DNA from: Bdellovibrio sp.
GTDB taxonomy: Bacteria; Bdellovibrionota; Bdellovibrionia; Bdellovibrionales; Bdellovibrionaceae
Assembly: GCA_036676395.1 (NCBI GenBank)
Contig: JAKFCY010000003.1
Coordinates: forward strand, 160,001 to 224,000
Direction of reading: 5' to 3'
Length of the DNA stretch: 64,000 nt
The translations under genes and the position numbers were made by a program. A model generated the notes under the pieces. The model searched no databases. It saw nothing but the letters and a program-made list of their open reading frames with translations, and was not told where the DNA came from. Shown one piece after another: positions 20,424-30,344 of the stretch (position 1 is the first letter of the stretch; each line of letters starts with the position of its first letter).

Positions 20424-21068
20424 ATGAAAACACAAGTGTTAAAAGTAAAGAATTCGCAAGTTAATGTTATTGTTTGGATCTACTTACTAGCTTTCGTTTT
20501 AATGACTTGGTCATTTAAAACTCACGCTAAAGACGCAAGCACCGATGCTAAAAAAGCTGCTGCTCCAGCGGTCGCGCAAACAGTTACAATCGACACATCT
20601 CTTGGCAAAATCAAAGTTAAATTAAACTCTGAAAAAGCACCCATCAGCACTGAAAATTTCTTAAAATACGTCGAAAAAAAATTCTACGATAAAACGATTT
20701 TTCACCGCGTAATCAAAGACTTTATGATTCAAGGTGGCGGCCACACAGCTGACATGAAAGAAAAAGCACCACTTTTTCCGCCAATCACTAACGAAGCAAA
20801 AAATGGTTTATCAAATATGCGTGGAACACTGGCGATGGCTCGTACTAACGACATCAACTCTGCCACTGCACAATTTTTTATTAACGTAGTTGATAACCAG
20901 CGTTTAGATCACAAATCTGAAGATCGTTATGGTTATGCTGTATTTGGCGAAGTGATCGAAGGCATGGATGTAGTTGATAAAATCCGTGATTCGAAAACGA
21001 CAACTAAAGGCGAATACGCTGACGTTCCTGAAAAAGTAATCACAATTAAATCAATTCGTAAAAACTAG
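20424..21068 (+). CDS. Periplasmic cyclophilin-type peptidyl-prolyl isomerase
   Basis: [25 protein letters not shown]; signal peptide. Confidence 0.95.
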   Translation: MKTQVLKVKNSQVNVIVWIYLLAFVLMTWSFKTHAKDASTDAKKAAAPAVAQTVTIDTSLGKIKVKLNSEKAPISTENFLKYVEKKFYDKTIFHRVIKDFMIQGGGHTADMKEKAPLFPPITNEAKNGLSNMRGTLAMARTNDINSATAQFFINVVDNQRLDHKSEDRYGYAVFGEVIEGMDVVDKIRDSKTTTKGEYADVPEKVITIKSIRKN

Positions 21069-21077
21069 GATAAAAAT

Positions 21078-21581
21078 ATGATAGCTACATTCGATACAAA
21101 CCGCGGAACATTTAAAGTTAAACTTTTTGCAGATAAAGCGCCTAAGACAGTTGAAAACTTCGTAGGCCTTGCGACTGGCACTAAAGAATTCACTGATCCT
21201 AAAACGGGCGACAAAGTAAAACGTCCTTATTTCGACGGTTTAGTTTTTCACCGTGTAATTAAAGATTTTATGATTCAAGGTGGTTGTCCGCTTGGGACAG
21301 GCACTGGCGGCCCAGGTTATAAATTCGGTGACGAATTTCACCCTGAATTAAAACACAATAAACCAGGTCTTCTTTCAATGGCTAACGCTGGTCCTGGCAC
21401 GAATGGTTCACAATTTTTTATCACGACTGTGCCAACACCATGGCTTGATAACAAACACACAATTTTCGGTGAAGTGACTGAAGGTTATGATGTTGTTGAT
21501 GCTATCGGTAAAACTAAAACTGGCCCGATGGATCGCCCTGCTGAACCAATTGTTATTAATAAATTAACGATTGCACAGTAA
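21078..21581 (+). CDS. Cytoplasmic cyclophilin-type peptidyl-prolyl isomerase
   Basis: [41 protein letters not shown]. Confidence 0.96.
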   Translation: MIATFDTNRGTFKVKLFADKAPKTVENFVGLATGTKEFTDPKTGDKVKRPYFDGLVFHRVIKDFMIQGGCPLGTGTGGPGYKFGDEFHPELKHNKPGLLSMANAGPGTNGSQFFITTVPTPWLDNKHTIFGEVTEGYDVVDAIGKTKTGPMDRPAEPIVINKLTIAQ

Positions 21582-21604
21582 TCGCTAAAATTACATCTTT
21601 AAAG

Positions 21605-21633
21605 AAAAAGGGAGTCTCAAGCTCCCTTTTTTT
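21605..21633. terminator. Bidirectional intrinsic terminator
   Basis: AAAAAGGGAG-loop-CTCCCTTTTT between convergent genes. Confidence 0.85.
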
Positions 21634-23224
21634 ATTTATCTAAAGTTAATTCAACAAAAGTGGTATATGTCGGCCGCAATGGAATTATAACCTGGCGTTT
21701 TTTCAAACCAGGAATATCAATATCAACCTTTAATGGAAATGTTTTTTCATTCCAGCCAACAGGATTAATTGAGGTTGGTTTCCAGTTTACATCTGCAGGT
21801 TTTACGTTTCCGGTAAATTGCACATTCAATTGATTGGTTTCTTTAAAATGCTTTGCCACACGCGAACCCCATTCGCGGTAACGTCCCAATTGAATGCGAT
21901 AGTCTTGCGTTGGCGTTTCACGACTAATCAGGGCATCATCAAAGACTGCGACATCTTTATTAGCAGATTTTTTACGCCCATATTGGTAATCGACTTTTAA
22001 ATATTTCGAAATGCCTTCGCTTTTTAAAAAATCTTTAGGTGGAACAAAATCTTTCGGCAACTGAATATTTACGCTTAATTGAAAAGTGCGCATTTGATTC
22101 ATTAAAGCATCGCTGGCTAATTTTCCGAACGATTCATCGCCTGCATAAAGCTTTCCACGCAAAAATTCATAGTTACTTTGATTACAGCTATTTTCTTTTT
22201 CTTCGCAACGTGAAAGATGCGTAAACACCGGAGCATATGTTGGCTGATCACAGCTAGAAGTATCAATACATTTACTCGGAACCATGGCCATACCATAAGA
22301 TTTTTTACCGATCTTAGTGTGAATGGTTTCAATTAATTTTAACTTTGGGTCATGACTGAAATACTGAGAATAATGAAAATCATTCATTGAAACATTATCT
22401 GGAATTGATTCACGAATAGCCTTGATGATTGAGTCACTGTAAAAATAAAAACCTAAACGAGCACTCGGAACATTAACCACCTGATCAGATTCTAACCGAT
22501 GCCCCATATTCATTCTTTGCGATTGCAACGAGTTGACAGAATTAACGCCGGCGATATTTAACATATACGGTGTATGTAAACGTTCAACGTTCGCTGTGGA
22601 TTTTTCACGAAAGAAAGTAAAAATTTTATTTGAAGCCGTTGACATGTCACGCACCTCAAGTTTGCCAACTGCCATAATTTTATAGACTAAGTTTTGCATC
22701 CACTCGAATGGCAATTTGTCATTAATGATGTGAGCCATGTTTGAGCCCCAAAATGGCGTACCTTGGGTCACAATTGTTTTAACTTTGTCTGCAATTTCAT
22801 TTTGGCGGGCATCAGTTCCGGCAATAGTTTTTGCATACCAAAGGGTTGTCACTAAGCCACCCTGCGAGTGACAGACAATTGAAATTTTATCGTCTTTATC
22901 TAAACGATTGATTGCAAAAAACTGATCCAGAAAATTTTCAAAACCTTCAATAAACTGCGGCACATCAGCATCCATTCTGCCGGTTCCATATAAAAATGGC
23001 TGTGTAACAACTTCGTATTTTGGATCAGCATACTCAAGATGATTTTTTAAGTTCGGTAGCAGGCTGCCAAAAGTCGTTTCGTTACCAGCTAAACCGTGCA
23101 CCGTAAAAATATAATGTTTCGCCGTCCGGGCTGTATCTGAAGACGGTTCACGCGCGAACCATTTCGATAAGCTTTGACAAGATAAACTGCAAATCAAGAT
23201 GACAAATAACAATAGGTTTTTCAT
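21632..23224 (-). CDS. Lipoprotein alpha/beta hydrolase (lipase/esterase-like) with C-terminal extension
   Basis: LSC lipobox after ATG 23224; VHGLAG oxyanion motif, CHSQGG nucleophile elbow, GTPFWGS. Confidence 0.8.
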   Translation of the reverse strand: MKNLLLFVILICSLSCQSLSKWFAREPSSDTARTAKHYIFTVHGLAGNETTFGSLLPNLKNHLEYADPKYEVVTQPFLYGTGRMDADVPQFIEGFENFLDQFFAINRLDKDDKISIVCHSQGGLVTTLWYAKTIAGTDARQNEIADKVKTIVTQGTPFWGSNMAHIINDKLPFEWMQNLVYKIMAVGKLEVRDMSTASNKIFTFFREKSTANVERLHTPYMLNIAGVNSVNSLQSQRMNMGHRLESDQVVNVPSARLGFYFYSDSIIKAIRESIPDNVSMNDFHYSQYFSHDPKLKLIETIHTKIGKKSYGMAMVPSKCIDTSSCDQPTYAPVFTHLSRCEEKENSCNQSNYEFLRGKLYAGDESFGKLASDALMNQMRTFQLSVNIQLPKDFVPPKDFLKSEGISKYLKVDYQYGRKKSANKDVAVFDDALISRETPTQDYRIQLGRYREWGSRVAKHFKETNQLNVQFTGNVKPADVNWKPTSINPVGWNEKTFPLKVDIDIPGLKKRQVIIPLRPTYTTFVELTLDK

Positions 23225-23305
23225 AGCCAACTTATCGTAATTCTTATAGACAAATTCGAGTCTAGTACACCATTACCTGCTCCACTGTTGACCCCTAATT
23301 GTCAC

Positions 23306-23320
23306 TTCTCAGTCTGAGAC
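23306..23320. promoter_or_regulatory. Palindromic motif copy TTCTCA-GTC-TGAGAC
   Basis: Recurrent palindrome; imperfect sigma54-like element (AG-N10-GC, 23350-23363) 30 bp downstream. Confidence 0.6.
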
Positions 23321-23396
23321 GCATTCTCTGCAATCTATTGAATTTGGCAAGCAAGCCGTTTGCTTTATTTAAGAGTAACCAAGGAGCCTTATCATT

Positions 23397-26300
23397 ATGA
23401 GACATTTACAAACTATTGCGACATTCGTAGTTTTAATGACCTCATTGGCTGCTTTCGCTAATCCAACGATACTATCAACAACGACTCAATTCGGTGACCA
23501 AGTGAACTTGGACATCGGCAATAATGAACCTAAGCCTGACCCAAGTTTCTTACGTCGTTTACGCCAGGAATTAAATAAAATCGAGATGGAAGAGGCTAAA
23601 AAAAATCAGGGTGAGGGTACAAGACATGTGCTTCGCCATGTAAAAGCCCATTTTGTACCAGACAGTATTACATTCGCTATTGCCGGTGGTTTAGTTTATT
23701 TTACGCAATTGCAAATTGCCACTAAGTCAGATCCAGAATTAATGGTTAAACACATTGAAGCATTAAAAGATCCTATTGCTCACATTTCATTTGCAGCCTT
23801 TATGGTCGCGAACGGGATCTACATCGACATGAAAACGCGTGGCTTAGATCCGATGACAAAACAATTAGCGATGAAAACACTGACCTACAAAGGTTTAGCG
23901 GTTGGTTCATTTGCTTCAAGCTTAACCGCAGATTTACTAGTCACAATGAAAGAGTGTACTAAAGGTTGGATCACTAACAAAAATGATCCCGCTTCTCAGG
24001 CCGCTTGTGATTATTCTTACAAACAATGGACGAATAGAAGTAAATATGTTCAATACACTACGCAAATTTTAGCACTAATTGTTGCGCAAAAGGCGACTGA
24101 AGTCGTTGAAGCAGGTGCCCGCGGGGTTGGTAGAACAGTTATTAAACCCGGAGCAAAAGCTCTTGAATCAACTTTTGTTAAACTTTTAAAAGTAAGTGCT
24201 GCAAATGTTGATCTGGCTTTTTCTGGTGGCACTTGGTGGATCAAAGCCATTCGCTGGGGCGGAAAATTAACTAAATTCAGTATGTTCTTAGCTGTTGATC
24301 ACTATGTAGCTCCTCATGTTAACCGTGCAGGCAATAACCTACTGCAACCGGCATTCTTTGATTTCGATGCTATGGCTCTTGGAAAATCACTGGCACATGG
24401 AAGCAAACATAATTGGAATGTAACTGCGGCTGATAAAGCTAATGAATCTTTTCAGAACTTTCCAAAACAGATCGAAAATTTCACAGAGCGTATGGCTCAG
24501 TGGCGCATGCATTTAAATGCCAAAGCAGAGGCAAACCTTGCTGGCTGGTTAGATGTATCGTCAAAATTGCTTCACCAAGTAGATTACTCTAAAAACTTTT
24601 ACTTAAAATATGTTGAAAACTTATTTGATACTTTGAATCGCCAGCATTTAATTAATCAAGGCGAATTCAAAGATGCACCAAGCCGCGCTTGGGCTTTAGA
24701 AAGAAAGTATCCATTAAGACTTTTACCATTATACGGTGTTAAGAGCGGTAAAGATTTTGGTGATCAACCAGAAAATGATGTTTATATATCACATCCATTC
24801 CAGCTTGAACCCGCGCAAAATGAAATGGTTCAAAAAGTGGCCGCAGCTTTTTATCCTAAACTTCAAACTTTCGAAATGTCCGCTGAACATTTGGGTGAAG
24901 TTCAAAGATTAATTTCGCCGTTAACACAGAAGCTATCTCCGATCAGACAAGGTATTCAATTAGACAAAATCAATAGACGTTTAAAAATGCTTCCATTCAT
25001 TAAAAAGAATGATGATCCAAATAAAGGAATTCGCACTGCTTTAACACAATTCAAATCAACTTTAGGCGATCCAAAGCCACAACTTAAAGAAGGCGCCGGA
25101 TTTAACATGGCCTTTGATACGAACATTGGAAACTACCAATCAGCTCAGACGGCTGGCTTCGACTTAAGAGCCAAAAACTTTGCTTTTGCTAAAACTTCAG
25201 ATTTGATGCTGTTAAAAATGATTTGCGGTGATAAACAAGCTAAAATCAAAGAAGGTACTTTTGCGGGCGTAACTTTCTACCCGCCACGTATCGTTAATTA
25301 CAATGGTGAATTAGATATTTGTAAAAATACTTTCTACGGGAAAAACACAACAAGTGATACTTTACACGATTGGAAAATCGAAACAGACGGTAAAACTTTT
25401 GAGAGTCCAACTCGCTTTATTATGGCGCGCATTTACCCACAAGTATTAGGTAACTGGCGCAGCGAAACTAAAGACGATAAGGGCGTTGCCTTTGACCAGT
25501 GGTGGGTAACAAGCATTCTACCTGGCTTACAAGCACAGCTTAAAAAAATGGATGCACGCTATGGCCAAGTCGTTGCCGAAGCTGATCAGCAGCTGAATAA
25601 CCACAGATCTTGGTATGACAAAGCCATTGATAATGTTTTTACTGGCGAAGCTTACATGAAAGATAAAATGATTTTAGATAATAATTTGGGCGACAACTTA
25701 CGCTTCGAATTTGAATTCTATTTATCAGCTCTTAAAACAGTTCTTTTAAAAGAAAAAGTTGCCGCACAAAAAACAAACCACGAATATATTCTTGAAATTT
25801 CAAAACGCGCCAGAACGAATGGTTATACGATTCCGAATGTTTCTTCAGAAAACGAAGCTAAACGTTTAAAAACTAAATATAAGAATTTGTTCATTTTAGT
25901 AAAAGATGTGGCTGCTGAAGATATTACGACTGTAGATGACCTATCAGAGAAAATTGTAATACCAGCTCGTGAATTAGTTGAAAAAGCAAAGAAAAATCCT
26001 AAAGATTTTTCTTCGATTGCCCAATACGAAAGAGCATTAAATACGTTAACTTCTGAATTAAATGTATTTCGCGTGAATGAATTAGAAATGAATTACAAAA
26101 ACTTCATGGCTTTATTACGTCTTAAATCATTGAAGTTTGAAGATATGATCGCCGCTAAAGAAAAACTTTATAAAGCGAACACGATCATTTTCAGTGGCTT
26201 TAAACAAATAGCTGAACTAGCTGGAGCAGAAGCTGAAACATTACCTGCTGATTTTAAATCCATCCTGGCCATAGCAAATGGTTTAGAAGCGCTTGAAATT

Positions 26301-26447
26301 GAAGTGAATCGTTATTTGTTAATGAAAGTAAAACTAGCTGATCGCTTAGAGATCGATATGTCACAGCTTAATACTTTCTTAAAACACAGATCTTTGGCTC
26401 CTCAGCAAAGACAAGGCTCTAGAGCACACCAAACCGGTGGACAGTAA
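23397..26447 (+). CDS. Large secreted hypothetical protein (1016 aa, helical, with hydrophobic segments)
   Basis: AAGGAG RBS, signal peptide (AFA), no recognisable catalytic motif. Confidence 0.85.
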   Translation: MRHLQTIATFVVLMTSLAAFANPTILSTTTQFGDQVNLDIGNNEPKPDPSFLRRLRQELNKIEMEEAKKNQGEGTRHVLRHVKAHFVPDSITFAIAGGLVYFTQLQIATKSDPELMVKHIEALKDPIAHISFAAFMVANGIYIDMKTRGLDPMTKQLAMKTLTYKGLAVGSFASSLTADLLVTMKECTKGWITNKNDPASQAACDYSYKQWTNRSKYVQYTTQILALIVAQKATEVVEAGARGVGRTVIKPGAKALESTFVKLLKVSAANVDLAFSGGTWWIKAIRWGGKLTKFSMFLAVDHYVAPHVNRAGNNLLQPAFFDFDAMALGKSLAHGSKHNWNVTAADKANESFQNFPKQIENFTERMAQWRMHLNAKAEANLAGWLDVSSKLLHQVDYSKNFYLKYVENLFDTLNRQHLINQGEFKDAPSRAWALERKYPLRLLPLYGVKSGKDFGDQPENDVYISHPFQLEPAQNEMVQKVAAAFYPKLQTFEMSAEHLGEVQRLISPLTQKLSPIRQGIQLDKINRRLKMLPFIKKNDDPNKGIRTALTQFKSTLGDPKPQLKEGAGFNMAFDTNIGNYQSAQTAGFDLRAKNFAFAKTSDLMLLKMICGDKQAKIKEGTFAGVTFYPPRIVNYNGELDICKNTFYGKNTTSDTLHDWKIETDGKTFESPTRFIMARIYPQVLGNWRSETKDDKGVAFDQWWVTSILPGLQAQLKKMDARYGQVVAEADQQLNNHRSWYDKAIDNVFTGEAYMKDKMILDNNLGDNLRFEFEFYLSALKTVLLKEKVAAQKTNHEYILEISKRARTNGYTIPNVSSENEAKRLKTKYKNLFILVKDVAAEDITTVDDLSEKIVIPARELVEKAKKNPKDFSSIAQYERALNTLTSELNVFRVNELEMNYKNFMALLRLKSLKFEDMIAAKEKLYKANTIIFSGFKQIAELAGAEAETLPADFKSILAIANGLEALEIEVNRYLLMKVKLADRLEIDMSQLNTFLKHRSLAPQQRQGSRAHQTGGQ

Positions 26448-26490
26448 TGTCTAAGCATTTAACACTGACGACGCGATTGGCGTCTTTGGT

Positions 26491-26505
26491 GTTTCAAAAT
26501 GAGAT
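26491..26505. promoter_or_regulatory. Palindromic motif copy GTTTCA-AAA-TGAGAT
   Basis: Recurrent palindrome; sigma54-like AGGCATTAAAATTGA at 26542-26556. Confidence 0.55.
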
Positions 26506-26597
26506 AATACGCTCTGGAAGTGCATTTAAAACGATTTAAGTAGGCATTAAAATTGAAATTAACTTTAAACGAAGAATTAAAAAACGGAGATTTGAAC

Positions 26598-27170
26598 ATG
26601 AAAAAATTAATAATCTTAGCCATCCTGGTAGCTTCAAACATCGCTTTAGCGCAAGTTAGAGAAGTGAATAAGCCTTTGTCTCGCGAGCAAGCACGCCGTG
26701 CAAACGTTGAGCGCAAAGAGACTAAAGATTATTTAGAAGCCGTTAAAAAAGGTAAAGTTACTCAGCCAATCAAAGCAGCTCTAGTTAAGCTTTTAAGTGA
26801 TGCTACATCTAAAATCGGTGGTGTCGATTCTACTAATTTAGAATCTTTAATTTCTACCCGTCCAGAAACTTTAGACAAAGTAACTCAATTAATCAGTCTT
26901 CACAGAGATGGTACTGTTGAGCAAAAATCAAAAGCGGCCACTGACTTAAAAATCTTAAGCGAAGGTTCTAAATATGAATTAACGAAAGAAAGTGCTGAGA
27001 TTTTAGAAAAAATCACTGAAATGGCCGAATACAACGAAGCGGCAAAACAATTTAAAGCTGAATTAATCAAGACCTTAAGACTTGGTAAGGCTAAATCGAT
27101 CGAAGAAGCTATTAAAATCGCCTCGAACGGTAAAATCACTTTAGAAAAAATTAAGGAATGCATCATTTAA
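26598..27170 (+). CDS. Secreted hypothetical helical protein (190 aa)
   Basis: ATG 26598 with GGAG RBS; MKKLIILAILVASNIALA signal peptide. Confidence 0.8.
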   Translation: MKKLIILAILVASNIALAQVREVNKPLSREQARRANVERKETKDYLEAVKKGKVTQPIKAALVKLLSDATSKIGGVDSTNLESLISTRPETLDKVTQLISLHRDGTVEQKSKAATDLKILSEGSKYELTKESAEILEKITEMAEYNEAAKQFKAELIKTLRLGKAKSIEEAIKIASNGKITLEKIKECII

Positions 27171-27192
27171 TAAAATTGTGTAACCTTGTTGC

Positions 27193-27774
27193 ATGATTGA
27201 ATGGCTATCAAACTTAGAAAAATCGATTTTACTTTGGATTCACCAAACAAACTCGAACTCTATCTTTGATGGCCTTTTTCCGTTTTATACCGACATTCAT
27301 AAAATTAACTGGTTCATTATACCTGCTGTTTTAATTCTGCTTTATTTTTTCATTCATAGATACAAACGCGCAGGCTTAACTTATTTCTTATTCTTGGCTT
27401 TAAGTATGGGTATCAGCGACTTTGCCGGAAAACACGTAAAAAATAATTATCCTCGTATGCGCCCCTATACAGTTAAAGAACTGCAAATCACCGAAAAAAG
27501 CCCTGCAGGGCCTACAAGTAGTTTTTATTCTAATCACACATCGAACATGTTTACCTTTGCCACTTACACGAGTCATTTTTTTCCGGCGGCTAAACTGCTG
27601 TTCTTTGCCTTAGCTTTTTTAACTGGATATTCGCGCATGTATAACGGCGTTCATTATCCGTCTGATGTTTTAGCGGGCGCGCTCATGGGCTTACTTATCG
27701 GCTGGCTACTTGCTCGCCTAGCTAAAAAAATAGTTTATAAAATTCATTATTCGCATTTGGAGAAAAATCCATGA
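27193..27774 (+). CDS. PAP2-family membrane phosphatase
   Basis: K......R.RP, SFYSNH (PSGH-like), SRMYNGVHYPSDVLAG. Confidence 0.92.
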   Translation: MIEWLSNLEKSILLWIHQTNSNSIFDGLFPFYTDIHKINWFIIPAVLILLYFFIHRYKRAGLTYFLFLALSMGISDFAGKHVKNNYPRMRPYTVKELQITEKSPAGPTSSFYSNHTSNMFTFATYTSHFFPAAKLLFFALAFLTGYSRMYNGVHYPSDVLAGALMGLLIGWLLARLAKKIVYKIHYSHLEKNP

Positions 27775-28739
27775 AAACAATAGTTACCGGCGCTAATGGT
27801 TTTTTAGGTTCTTGGTTATGCAAGCGTCTCTTAGATGAAGGACATGAAGTTACAGCCCTGGTTCGTAAAACCAGCGACTTAAGCGAAATTGAACATCTAA
27901 AATTAAATTATGAATACGGCGATGTGACCAACAAAGCATCTCTACAAACCGCTTTTAAAAATAAAGATTATGTTTTTCACTTAGCTGGTTTAATCGCTTA
28001 TAAAAAAGCTGATCGCCCGATGATGGATAAAGTAAATATCGGTGGCACGCAAAACGTGGTCGATGTTTTAACTGAACAAAAACAAGCTAAGCTTTTAAAT
28101 CTATCTTCAGTGGTTGCTGTAGGTGCCAGTTTTACTCCCAAAGAATTAACTGAAGAATCACCATACACGATTCACAAATTAAACTTAGGTTATTTTGAAA
28201 CTAAGCACACCGCTGAAAAAATTGTATGTGCGGCTGCTAAAGAAAATAAAATACATGCGATCAATGTTAATCCAAGCACAATCTATGGTTTTGGCGACGC
28301 TAAAAAAGGCAGCCGTAAAACCCAAGTTAAAGTCGCGCGCGGAAAGTTTCCGTTCTATACCGGCGGTGGCGTGAACGTGGTCGCAGCCGAAGACGTTACT
28401 GATGGTATTATGAAGGCGATTACCAAAGGCCGTAGTGGTGAACGTTATTTGTTAACCTCAGAGAACATGACGATCAAAGAATTATTCACAAAAATTTCTG
28501 GCTTTGCCGGAGTAAAAGCACCTAAGATTTTAATGCCATTTCCGGTGTTAAAATTAATTGGCCAAATCGGCGATTTAACGGGTTCTGGCTTGTCTGTAGA
28601 AAATGCTTATACCGCATCTATGTATCACTGGTTTAACTGCGATAAGGCAAAAAAAGAACTTGGCTTTAGTCCGAGACCCTCTGATATTGCTATCGAAAAC
28701 AGTGTACGCTGGATGAAAGATCACGGTTATTTGGACTAA
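27771..28739 (+). CDS. NAD-dependent epimerase/dehydratase (extended SDR)
   Basis: VTGANGFLG, YFETK catalytic motif, NPSTIYG. Confidence 0.92.
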   Translation: MKTIVTGANGFLGSWLCKRLLDEGHEVTALVRKTSDLSEIEHLKLNYEYGDVTNKASLQTAFKNKDYVFHLAGLIAYKKADRPMMDKVNIGGTQNVVDVLTEQKQAKLLNLSSVVAVGASFTPKELTEESPYTIHKLNLGYFETKHTAEKIVCAAAKENKIHAINVNPSTIYGFGDAKKGSRKTQVKVARGKFPFYTGGGVNVVAAEDVTDGIMKAITKGRSGERYLLTSENMTIKELFTKISGFAGVKAPKILMPFPVLKLIGQIGDLTGSGLSVENAYTASMYHWFNCDKAKKELGFSPRPSDIAIENSVRWMKDHGYLD

Positions 28740-28744
28740 ATTAA

Positions 28745-29605
28745 ATGAAAATATTCTTCCTAATCATACTTTTATCAGTGGCATCGGCTGCAGGATTTGT
28801 CTTCTGGCAAATTCCATCGCAAGAGACGATCAAGGGGTGTTTCAAAACATCAATGTACGGTATTGACCTATGCCCCACAGAAAAAACTTATGTTAAACTG
28901 AAAAATATTTCTTCTAAATTACAGCGCGCCATTTTGTTAACCGAAGATTCAGCTTTTTACACACATAAAGGGTTTGATGAAGAAGGTTTAACCCGTTGTT
29001 ACGAAAAACTAAAAGAAACTGGTAAAATCACTTGTGGTGGTTCGACGATCACCCAACAGCTGGCAAAAAATTTATTTCTCTACAAAGATAAAACGTTCGT
29101 CCGCAAAGGCTTAGAAGCTTTAATCACGATCAAGTTAGAAAAAACTCTGACAAAAAAAGAAATCTTAGAGCGCTATTTGAACGTCGTGCAATTTGGTAAA
29201 AATATTTACGGCGTAAAACAAGCGGCACTGTTTTATTTTAAAAAACACCCGTCTGAATTAGATGTGGTTGAATCGGCCTTTTTAGCTATGGTATTACCGA
29301 ATCCTGAAAAGTATTCACAAAGTTATTATCGTAAAGATCTGACGCGTTTCGCGAGAAAAAGGTTATCAGGCATTATTAAAGATATGCATCGCTATAAATC
29401 GCTAAGTGACGATGACTATTTTATGGCGATGGGAAAACTTGAATACTTTCTGACTGCAGGGCAAGCCACTATTAACACGGCCCCTGAAGAATTATCTTCT
29501 GAAGATTTAAATGAAATGTTAGACGGCGTTGAAGAAACCACGACTCCGGATGCAACGGCAACAGCTGAACCACCTACCGAAGCTGTCGAGCCGAGCAGTA
29601 ACTAG
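28745..29605 (+). CDS. mtgA: Monofunctional peptidoglycan glycosyltransferase (GT51)
   Basis: EDSAFYTHKG, GSTITQQLAKNLF, RKGLE, KKEILERYLN; no transpeptidase domain. Confidence 0.88.
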   Translation: MKIFFLIILLSVASAAGFVFWQIPSQETIKGCFKTSMYGIDLCPTEKTYVKLKNISSKLQRAILLTEDSAFYTHKGFDEEGLTRCYEKLKETGKITCGGSTITQQLAKNLFLYKDKTFVRKGLEALITIKLEKTLTKKEILERYLNVVQFGKNIYGVKQAALFYFKKHPSELDVVESAFLAMVLPNPEKYSQSYYRKDLTRFARKRLSGIIKDMHRYKSLSDDDYFMAMGKLEYFLTAGQATINTAPEELSSEDLNEMLDGVEETTTPDATATAEPPTEAVEPSSN

Positions 29606-30342
29606 TTTACTAATTTTTTTCTGAATAAGCGTAAGCCGATAAAGCTAAAGATCATTAAATATACGACGAGTACGGCAATATGACCCAGATCAATCCAGCC
29701 GATTTCTTTATACAATACGTTACGCACTAAACGTACAGCATGCGCTAAAGGAAAAATATAAGCCGCTGTTTTTAAATAGTACGGAATTTCATCAAGTGAA
29801 AAATAAGTTCCACTGATCATCGATAGCGGAACAATTACTCCTGATGTAGAGAAAACAAAACTATCGTAGTTTTTCGCAATCGAAATCATAATCATACCAA
29901 ATGATGCGAACACTAAACTTAATAAAAACAGAATCGGTGCAACGACGAAAAAGTTCGAATTAAATAAGCCAAATAACGAAGAAATTAAGAACACCCCTAA
30001 TACACCTAAAAATCCCTTAGTGGCTGCCCATAACATTTCACCGAAAAATATTTGTTGAGTTGAAACCGGAGTTAACAACATCGCAGCATAAGTTTTTTGA
30101 TGAGTCATTTTCGTGTAATTAGGATAAGTCGATTCAAAGTAGGCGACCATCATCGCCGTCGTACAAAGTAGTCCCGCAAAATAAAACTGCAAAAACGACA
30201 TGCCTTCGATTGAAGAAATGTAATGACCAAAGCCAAAACCAAATGCTCCTAAAAACATGAGAGGTTCAAGTGTTGTCCAAAATAAAGAGACGACAAATGT
30301 TTTACGAAAGAATAAAAAATTACGTAGCCAAACATTATACAT
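29602..30342 (-). CDS. ABC-2 exporter permease (NodJ-like)
   Basis: Multiple TMs, LEPL, SGTYFS, PLAH; paired with ATPase. Confidence 0.88.
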   Translation of the reverse strand: MYNVWLRNFLFFRKTFVVSLFWTTLEPLMFLGAFGFGFGHYISSIEGMSFLQFYFAGLLCTTAMMVAYFESTYPNYTKMTHQKTYAAMLLTPVSTQQIFFGEMLWAATKGFLGVLGVFLISSLFGLFNSNFFVVAPILFLLSLVFASFGMIMISIAKNYDSFVFSTSGVIVPLSMISGTYFSLDEIPYYLKTAAYIFPLAHAVRLVRNVLYKEIGWIDLGHIAVLVVYLMIFSFIGLRLFRKKLVN

Positions 30343-30344
30343 GC

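Noticed and set aside
21613..21620. GTCTCA half-site
   Set aside because: Lies in the loop region of a terminator between convergent genes, with no second half-site
23345..23364. TGGCAAGCAAGCCGTTTGC read as a sigma54 promoter broken by a 4-bp duplication
   Set aside because: Spacing from the upstream palindrome to the TTGC matches the 53439 promoter as the sequence stands, so a variant -24 element is at least as likely
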